A DNA stretch of 4,324 nt from a virus (Duplodnaviria; Heunggongvirae; Uroviricota; Caudoviricetes). Positions within the stretch are counted from its first letter, which is position 1, and each line of letters begins with the position of its first letter. The stretch spans positions 1-4,324 of the IMG/VR virus record IMGVR_UViG_2534681764_000020. One strand, given 5' to 3'. The notes below the pieces were generated by a model. The model saw nothing but the letters and a program-made list of their open reading frames with translations. It was not told the origin of the DNA and ran no database searches. The position numbers and the translations under genes are program-made. Positions 1-4,324 of this stretch are shown one piece after another.

Positions 1-573
1 ATGTTTTGCGAAGAAAAAGTAGCTCAAATGGCTGCATACCTACTTCTTAAGCGAGGTGGGCGCATGGCATATCTGAAATTGATGAAGTTGCTCTATCTGT
101 CTAACCGCCAGTCGATTTTGAAGCATGGCAGGATGATCGGCGAAGATAGCCTTTACTCTATGAAATTTGGACCAGTCATGTCGAATACGCTGAACTTGAT
201 TCGCGGTAAGGCTGAAGGCATTGGTGACTACTGGTACAACTTGATAGAGACGAACGGGCATAATGTATCGTTGCGTTCAGATCCGAGGGAAATGGATGCA
301 GACGAGGTCTTTGATGAATTGAGTCGTGCAGATATCCGGATTTTAGATGAAATCTATTCTCGGTATGGGCATATGAACCGATTTGATCTCGCAAATATGA
401 CGCATTTAGAAAGCGTTTGTCCAGAGTGGCACGATCCTGGCAATTCTCGTAAGCCTATAGACCTGAAAGAAATGCTGATCAGTGAGGGTAAAAGCGAGGA
501 TGAGGCTAATCGCATAATTGGCAAAATGGAAGAATCTCAGAAACTTAAGGAATTTTCTTTGCAATTATCATGA
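1..573 (+). CDS. Panacea-domain (DUF4065) protein, PanA/SocA/GepA-like putative antitoxin; N-terminus may extend beyond the window
   Basis: The 190-aa ORF contains the segment LKLMKLLYL...GEDSLYSMKFGPVMSNTLNLIRG, which matches my recollection of the conserved Panacea core (LKLQKLLY...W.YGPV). Its stop codon overlaps the start of the next ORF (ATGA at 570-573). The ATG at position 1 coincides with the window edge, so the true start is uncertain. Confidence 0.72.
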   Translation: MFCEEKVAQMAAYLLLKRGGRMAYLKLMKLLYLSNRQSILKHGRMIGEDSLYSMKFGPVMSNTLNLIRGKAEGIGDYWYNLIETNGHNVSLRSDPREMDADEVFDELSRADIRILDEIYSRYGHMNRFDLANMTHLESVCPEWHDPGNSRKPIDLKEMLISEGKSEDEANRIIGKMEESQKLKEFSLQLS

Positions 574-989
574 CGGATTATCAGCCATACAGGAAAGGAA
601 CTGTGCTTGCCCCAACTGGGCCATGCAATCATCTTCATGTGATTTGTAATGATCCTGTTTATTACCCCGTTAACGATTGTTATTGTGTTTTAGTTGTTAA
701 TATTTCTAGTATCAAGGATGGTGTCCCCCACGATCCGTCTTGCGTCTTGAATTCTGGTGATCATCGCTTTATCAAGCATCCAAGTTATGTTGTTTACGCT
801 GAAGCTATAATTTGGCGAGTGGATAACATGGTTAGAAAGCAGCGATCGGGTGAGATTTCTGTTCATGATGATATGCCAGAAGCTACATTCAATAGAATTC
901 TGGACGGTTTTGATATCTCTGATGAAGTTACGCCAAAGAACCTTAAATTTAAAAATAAATATTGCGTATCATCTATTGATGATGAGTAA
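570..989 (+). CDS. hypothetical protein, candidate cognate toxin/effector of the Panacea-domain protein; fold unrecognised
   Basis: 139-aa ORF whose ATG overlaps the upstream stop by 4 bp (ATGA), suggesting translational coupling. There is no nearby Shine-Dalgarno sequence (AAGGAA lies about 18 nt upstream). The N-terminal half is Cys/His-rich (CNHLHVIC, CYC, SC...DH). The DNA looks AT-rich relative to the neighbouring operon. No family recognised from memory. Confidence 0.55.
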   Translation: MTDYQPYRKGTVLAPTGPCNHLHVICNDPVYYPVNDCYCVLVVNISSIKDGVPHDPSCVLNSGDHRFIKHPSYVVYAEAIIWRVDNMVRKQRSGEISVHDDMPEATFNRILDGFDISDEVTPKNLKFKNKYCVSSIDDE

Positions 990-1017
990 ACAACAGGAAT
1001 TGTTTCGGTATAACTTC

Positions 1018-1022
1018 AGGAG
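1018..1022 (+). promoter_or_regulatory. Shine-Dalgarno (AGGAG) for the 57-aa ORF
   Basis: AGGAG lies 6 nt upstream of the ATG at 1029. Confidence 0.6.
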
Positions 1023-1028
1023 TTTTCT

Positions 1029-1202
1029 ATGGAAGATCAAAAAGCAACCAAGCCACAGGTTAAGTTCGACACAATGAAAGCATTCGCAGGTATGGGTGCT
1101 GCTGTTGAAGTTCTGATGAAGGCTGCTCCTAATGCGTTCACTCACGCTACTGTCTCTGGTAAAGAGCAGCAGGGTAAGCTTCGTCGTCGCAAAGCAGCAT
1201 GA
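1029..1202 (+). CDS. small hypothetical protein (57 aa), not in the supplied ORF track
   Basis: Manual translation gives MEDQKATKPQVKFDTMKAFAGMGAAVEVLMKAAPNAFTHATVSGKEQQGKLRRRKAA, ending at TGA 1200-1202. It has a good RBS and is followed within 20 nt by a strong intrinsic terminator. Codon choice (GGT, GCT, CGT, GTT, TTC, CTG, AAA) resembles highly expressed enterobacterial genes. There is a hydrophobic/amphipathic core and a basic C-terminus. Confidence 0.5.
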   Translation: MEDQKATKPQVKFDTMKAFAGMGAAVEVLMKAAPNAFTHATVSGKEQQGKLRRRKAA

Positions 1203-1221
1203 TCATAGCTGGTGCTTTTTG

Positions 1222-1250
1222 AAAACCCGCCTTTAGGCGGGTTTTTTATT
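1222..1250. terminator. Rho-independent terminator at a convergent gene junction, probably bidirectional
   Basis: Perfect 10-bp inverted repeat AAAACCCGCC / GGCGGGTTTT with a 4-nt loop (TTTA), followed by TTTTTTATTT on the plus strand. It lies immediately 3' of both the plus-strand 57-aa ORF and the minus-strand gene ending at 1250. On the minus strand the trailing U-run is weaker (GGGUUUUC then A-rich). Confidence 0.82.
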
Positions 1251-1531
1251 TAGTGATGTTCTTTGCCCTTCTGTTTGCTTGTTCTGACCTGTTCCCACTC
1301 GATACGTCCTTCTTCTCGTCTTTTGTCTATGTATTCCGCAAGATCCTGAATATTGATGCAACGTTTTGCTTTTTGTGATGTGCCGATGCGATATGTTGGA
1401 ACGGGCAACTTACAAGCGTTTGCTTTTGCTTCTGCCGTGGATGGACTCATACCAAAGTACTTTTGGCTAACTGCTGAGAGTTCAATGTTTGGGGTATTGA
1501 ATTCAGCCATCAGTAAAAACAAGGTGTTCAT
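1250..1531 (-). CDS. PrtN/excisionase-like small DNA-binding protein (putative phage Xis or regulator)
   Basis: The ORF track gives 1250..1558, but that start is GTG with no RBS. The in-frame ATG at 1531 is preceded by GGAG with a 6-nt spacer and gives 93 aa. The segment IELSAVSQKYFGMSPSTAEAKANACKLPVPTYRIGTSQKAKRCINIQDLAEYIDKRREEG resembles PrtN/AlpA-type winged-helix proteins as I recall them. It is the last gene of the operon. Starts at 1543 or 1510 remain possible. Confidence 0.5.
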   Translation of the reverse strand: MNTLFLLMAEFNTPNIELSAVSQKYFGMSPSTAEAKANACKLPVPTYRIGTSQKAKRCINIQDLAEYIDKRREEGRIEWEQVRTSKQKGKEHH

Positions 1532-1567
1532 AATTTTCTCCATCAAAACCGGCTGCACCCGGGAAAA

Positions 1568-2140
1568 TCATAATTCTGTGCTGGTGGCAGGAATTAATTT
1601 CTGCCAGATAGCGGAAACATATTTTGCCTGATGACGGGCATCAGCCCGGGCGTTGTGCCGTTCGCCATCGAAAGGCATGTCCATTTTGGGGTCGAATCCG
1701 ATGGAACGCCCAAGCGTAACGATCGTGCGTACATCGTGGTCATTCCAGTATGCCCACGGGCAGATTTGTCCTGCTCGCTCATAAGCTCCACGTAAAATTA
1801 CGTTGTCGAAGGTGGCCCCGTTACCCCAGACTTTTAAATATTTCGTATTGTCTGCGTGCCGGTTAATGAAATGATTTAGTTCTGAGAGAGCATCGCTGAT
1901 CGACAAAGTATCATCAATGCAGATTGCAGCTCGTGCTTCAGGGCTTTGTTTCAACCACCACAGGATGGTATCGCCGTCAGGTGTAGCTCCTTGCTTCATA
2001 GCACTGTCTAGGCTGACAACCGCATAGAATTCTTGTCCGATGTCTCCGGTTTCGGGGGTGAAGAACACTGCGCCAATAGAAACGATCGGCGCATCCTTAT
2101 TTTTCCCCATCGTCTCAAGGTCGATCATTAAGTTGTTCAT
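1568..2140 (-). CDS. DEDDh-family (DnaQ-like) 3'-5' exonuclease, phage-type
   Basis: Motifs read directly from the translation: Exo I MIDLETMG (D, E), Exo II WGNGATFDN (D), Exo III H-NARADA (H...D). The track ORF (1568..2224) is over-extended: the ATG at 2140 is preceded by AGGAGGTG and overlaps the upstream stop as TGATG, giving 190 aa. Confidence 0.85.
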   Translation of the reverse strand: MNNLMIDLETMGKNKDAPIVSIGAVFFTPETGDIGQEFYAVVSLDSAMKQGATPDGDTILWWLKQSPEARAAICIDDTLSISDALSELNHFINRHADNTKYLKVWGNGATFDNVILRGAYERAGQICPWAYWNDHDVRTIVTLGRSIGFDPKMDMPFDGERHNARADARHQAKYVSAIWQKLIPATSTEL

Positions 2141-2421
2141 CACTTCACCTCCTGCGGCGGTTCTTGTATTGGCATCGACTGAGCTATATATAGCGGCTGA
2201 ACATACCAGCCCTTTGATAACCAACTGTCAGCAACGTTTTTACTTCTGGTTATTGCTGGAATACCCAAGCCATTGTCTGAATGCAGCCATGCCACCGGTT
2301 CTGCTTCCAGCGAGGCTAACGCTATTTCATAAGCTCGGCGCTCAATATTGTCTCGCACGTCCAAGCTGCCTATGCGCTCTTTGATTTCTTTAATCAGTTC
2401 TTTGTCGGTAAAAGTGGTCAT
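2140..2421 (-). CDS. hypothetical phage protein (93 aa)
   Basis: ORF with an AAGGAG RBS 6 nt upstream of the ATG at 2421. Its stop overlaps the exonuclease start. No family assigned confidently; contains EPVAW and PLY motifs of the sort seen in prophage proteins of unknown function. Confidence 0.6.
   Translation of the reverse strand: MTTFTDKELIKEIKERIGSLDVRDNIERRAYEIALASLEAEPVAWLHSDNGLGIPAITRSKNVADSWLSKGWYVQPLYIAQSMPIQEPPQEVK
2146..2153 (-). promoter_or_regulatory. Shine-Dalgarno (AGGAGGTG) for the exonuclease gene
   Basis: Reverse complement of 2146-2153 is AGGAGGTG, 5 nt upstream of the ATG at 2140 (minus strand). Confidence 0.65.
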
Positions 2422-2431
2422 GTGTTACTCC

Positions 2432-2695
2432 TTAACCCGCAGTGCTTTCAACTGACGAGGGGAACAAAATCTTTTCATCAAATCCGGCATTCATATCATG
2501 GACAGCAACACACCAATCCATTGACGAACGATTATCAAGAGCCTCCATGATTTCATCCATGCGGCGTAGGTCATACAGGTAAATATTTTTATCGCCAATG
2601 GTGTAAAAACCAATTTTTTTCGGTGATGGACAGCGATCAATAACGTCCTGTAATTCGTTCAACCATGCCTGTTCTTTTTTTGTCAAAGTTGCCAT
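2432..2695 (-). CDS. hypothetical phage protein (88 aa)
   Basis: Trimmed from track ORF 2432..2785 to the internal ATG at 2695 (MATLTKKEQAWLNEL...), which sits 1 nt after the upstream gene's stop and has an AAGGA motif upstream. The longer N-terminal extension would overlap the membrane-protein ORF. Confidence 0.5.
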   Translation of the reverse strand: MATLTKKEQAWLNELQDVIDRCPSPKKIGFYTIGDKNIYLYDLRRMDEIMEALDNRSSMDWCVAVHDMNAGFDEKILFPSSVESTAG

Positions 2696-2696
2696 A

Positions 2697-2915
2697 TCAG
2701 TTTTCCTTATACGGATTAATTTTATTGTGCAGTGTGTTGAACGACGCCCATACCACGTCGTTATACAATTCAATAACTGGCTCAATTATTTTCCCGATTG
2801 CCCAGACAAAAATTAGCGGGGATATCGGTATCATCAACACGATAAACAGAATGAGAAACAGGAATTCTGTCGTTCTACTCTTTCGCGGATATTCTTTTCT
2901 GAATAATGTCGGCAC
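2697..2915 (-). CDS. small single-pass membrane protein (72 aa), probable GTG start
   Basis: A basic N-terminus (RKEYPRKSRTTE) is followed by a roughly 24-residue hydrophobic segment (FLFLILFIVLMIPISPLIFVWAIG), consistent with an N-in transmembrane helix. The start codon at 2915..2913 is GTG, preceded by GGAGAG. AT-rich. There is no in-frame ATG that would keep the TM segment. Confidence 0.5.
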   Translation of the reverse strand: MPTLFRKEYPRKSRTTEFLFLILFIVLMIPISPLIFVWAIGKIIEPVIELYNDVVWASFNTLHNKINPYKEN

Positions 2916-2916
2916 A

Positions 2917-3249
2917 TCACTCTCCTTTGATGCGAATGCCAGCGACGCGTAGTGCGTGTTCTAAGTCAATCAGGCAAAGCCAACTGCCATTTTCTTTAGG
3001 TATCATGACATGTCGCTTATCAGCATTTATTGGGTGCCCATATCGAAGGTCGTAGCGAGTCGGTAATTGAACTTCCCTCGCTTCCAGTTCTGTAATGCGT
3101 TTGTTTTTAGCTTCTAGTTCATCCAGCAGCGCCAGCACAACCTGCGGTGTGACTTTCATACGAAATGCCAGCAATTTTTGTGGTGTGGCTACTATTTTTA
3201 TTGCTTCTGCCGCCTCACGCAGTGCCTGATAGTTAATTTTGGTTGTCAT
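2917..3249 (-). CDS. Ead/Ea22-like family phage protein
   Basis: 110 aa; N-terminal INYQALREAAEA and the central VLALLDELEAKNKRITELEAR coiled-coil segment match my recollection of Ead/Ea22-like prophage proteins. The start overlaps the upstream stop as ATGA, with a GAGGTG RBS. Confidence 0.6.
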   Translation of the reverse strand: MTTKINYQALREAAEAIKIVATPQKLLAFRMKVTPQVVLALLDELEAKNKRITELEAREVQLPTRYDLRYGHPINADKRHVMIPKENGSWLCLIDLEHALRVAGIRIKGE

Positions 3250-4124
3250 GCCACCACCTCTTCGAATTTCAACTCCAATTGATCACCCCAGATTTCACAT
3301 GACTCTGAACACGAGCCGGTATCGAATCGCCTGGCTTGCACCATCGCCTGATACAAATTTCTGTAGTCGCTGTCGGCATACATTCTGGCAATCCCGTCAA
3401 GACTCAGATGACCACGGTACATAACGTCTTTATCTGTCTTTCGGTGACCATCCCGGACGTGTTTACCTGTAACCAGCTCATTAAAAACTCTCATCAGACC
3501 AGGTTCGTCTTTACATGCAAGCCCCAGCTTTTGCGTGGACTTTTTGATGCAGAAAACACAGTTCCCGAGGTGCTCCGGGATTTGCAAATCAAAAGGTTGT
3601 TTATGCCACCACCGGATAACATCCGACTTATCAAAATCAGATAGCTCGGCAAGATACCGGACGCCTGATTTCGGTTTCAGCCTACGAGGTTCGTCTGCAC
3701 GAATACCCAGCCATGTGATGTAATTCCCTCGTCCGAAATGGTCATCGCAGTATTTTGTGAAGGGGGTGAGTTTTAATCTGTCAGTGCAGAACGCGCCGCC
3801 GATGTATGGCGTGCCATATTTTTTTACCATGTCCATAAACGGTTTAAGCACCGGCATTCGCGTCTGAATATCCTTTGGTTCCCATTCCGTATAACCATTT
3901 GGCTGCCCAAGCTCTGGATTTATATCGACCTGCAACACAGTTAGCGGTATGCCCCAGAACTTCACAACCTCCCGAATAAAGCGGTATGTCAGCGGATGTT
4001 CGCAACCGGTATCCATAAAGATGTAGCAGACGTTATTACCAGCCTTTCTTTGTTCTTCCATCAGGTGAACAAGATATGCAGATGTTCTCCCGCCAGAAAA
4101 ACTAACTACATGAGTTATGCACAT
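3246..4124 (-). CDS. phosphoadenosine phosphosulfate (PAPS) reductase family protein, PP-loop ATP pyrophosphatase superfamily
   Basis: 292 aa; an N-terminal PP-loop-like motif VVSFSGGRTS (a variant of SGGxDS), a conserved D-T-G segment and a C-terminal CxxC (CVFC). Its position in a prophage early operon next to an Ea22-like gene is common in enterobacterial prophages (from memory). Confidence 0.8.
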   Translation of the reverse strand: MCITHVVSFSGGRTSAYLVHLMEEQRKAGNNVCYIFMDTGCEHPLTYRFIREVVKFWGIPLTVLQVDINPELGQPNGYTEWEPKDIQTRMPVLKPFMDMVKKYGTPYIGGAFCTDRLKLTPFTKYCDDHFGRGNYITWLGIRADEPRRLKPKSGVRYLAELSDFDKSDVIRWWHKQPFDLQIPEHLGNCVFCIKKSTQKLGLACKDEPGLMRVFNELVTGKHVRDGHRKTDKDVMYRGHLSLDGIARMYADSDYRNLYQAMVQARRFDTGSCSESCEIWGDQLELKFEEVVA

Positions 4125-4321
4125 TTGCGTAATTCCGATAACTCGTTGAAGCGTGCCATAAACATCCCGTAGGCATGGCCCGGTGCCAGTGGAATCACGT
4201 TGAACATCTCTGTTGCCGGGATGCCTTCCAGTACAGGCCAGAAAGAGCCATCATCAAGCCCGAGATCGCGGCGTTCGGTTGCCAGCATGATGAGATCGGC
4301 ATATTTCACGGGTGTACTCAT
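4115..4321 (-). CDS. hypothetical protein (68 aa or longer), start possibly beyond the window edge
   Basis: The ORF overlaps the PAPS-reductase start by 10 nt. The reading frame is still open at the window boundary (codon 4322-4324 is sense), so the ATG at 4321 may be internal. Confidence 0.45.
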   Translation of the reverse strand: MSTPVKYADLIMLATERRDLGLDDGSFWPVLEGIPATEMFNVIPLAPGHAYGMFMARFNELSELRKCA

Positions 4322-4324
4322 AAC

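Noticed and set aside
40-394. Minus-strand ORFs 40..261 (73 aa) and 176..394 (72 aa)
   Set aside because: Both lie antisense to and entirely within the Panacea-domain gene, whose translation has recognisable family features. They have no RBS or start context and are typical shadow ORFs.
975-1014. Possible sigma-70 promoter (TATAAC at 1009-1014) upstream of the 57-aa ORF
   Set aside because: No acceptable -35 hexamer at 16-18 bp spacing, and a transcript starting just downstream would lack room for the RBS at 1018. Co-transcription with the upstream genes is more parsimonious.
850-1077. Plus-strand ORF 850..1077 (75 aa)
   Set aside because: It overlaps the 3' end of the 139-aa ORF in another frame and runs into the well-supported 57-aa ORF (strong RBS at 1018-1022). 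The low-complexity hydrophobic translation is consistent with an AT-rich out-of-frame artefact.
1594-1791. Minus-strand ORF 1594..1791 (65 aa)
   Set aside because: It lies inside the DEDDh exonuclease gene in a different frame; the exonuclease frame carries all three Exo motifs.
2141-2224. N-terminal 28-residue extension of the exonuclease ORF
   Set aside because: No RBS at 2224; the extension overlaps the upstream gene; a strong AGGAGGTG RBS precedes the internal ATG at 2140.
2696-2785. N-terminal 30-residue extension of the 117-aa ORF
   Set aside because: It overlaps the membrane-protein ORF, and the internal ATG at 2695 sits immediately after that gene's stop. The choice is an inference and could be reversed by conservation data.
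1353-3723. Plus-strand ORFs 1353..1631, 2040..2384, 2665..2952, 3239..3424, 3336..3644, 3535..3723
   Set aside because: All are antisense to minus-strand genes that carry recognisable motifs or coupled start/stop architecture. None has a convincing RBS, and their translations are low-complexity. Antisense small proteins cannot be fully excluded without expression data.
1-4324. tRNA, rRNA, CRISPR arrays, IS elements or attachment-site repeats
   Set aside because: By eye there is no cloverleaf-compatible segment, no regularly spaced direct repeats, no terminal inverted repeats flanking a transposase-like ORF, and no duplicated flanking sequence. A computational repeat scan was not possible, so short att-like repeats could have been missed.

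Overview
This window looks like an accessory region of a lambdoid-type prophage, probably enterobacterial judging by codon usage and gene content (inference; no database search was possible). Positions 1250-4324 carry a tightly packed minus-strand operon of eight genes linked by stop/start overlaps: an edge ORF, a PAPS-reductase-family PP-loop protein, an Ead/Ea22-like protein, a small single-pass membrane protein, two small unknowns, a DEDDh 3'-5' exonuclease and a PrtN/excisionase-like DNA-binding protein. Converging on it from the left (1-1202, plus strand) is a three-gene cassette: a Panacea-domain (DUF4065, PanA/SocA-like) antitoxin-type protein, an unrecognised 139-aa Cys/His-rich protein overlapping it by ATGA, and a 57-aa ORF that the ORF track missed. 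A strong hairpin terminator at 1222-1250 separates the two units. The cassette is the best candidate for a previously undescribed toxin-antitoxin or abortive-infection system; the PAPS-reductase-like gene and the small unknown early proteins are secondary candidates. No tRNA, rRNA, CRISPR array, IS element or attachment site was detected.
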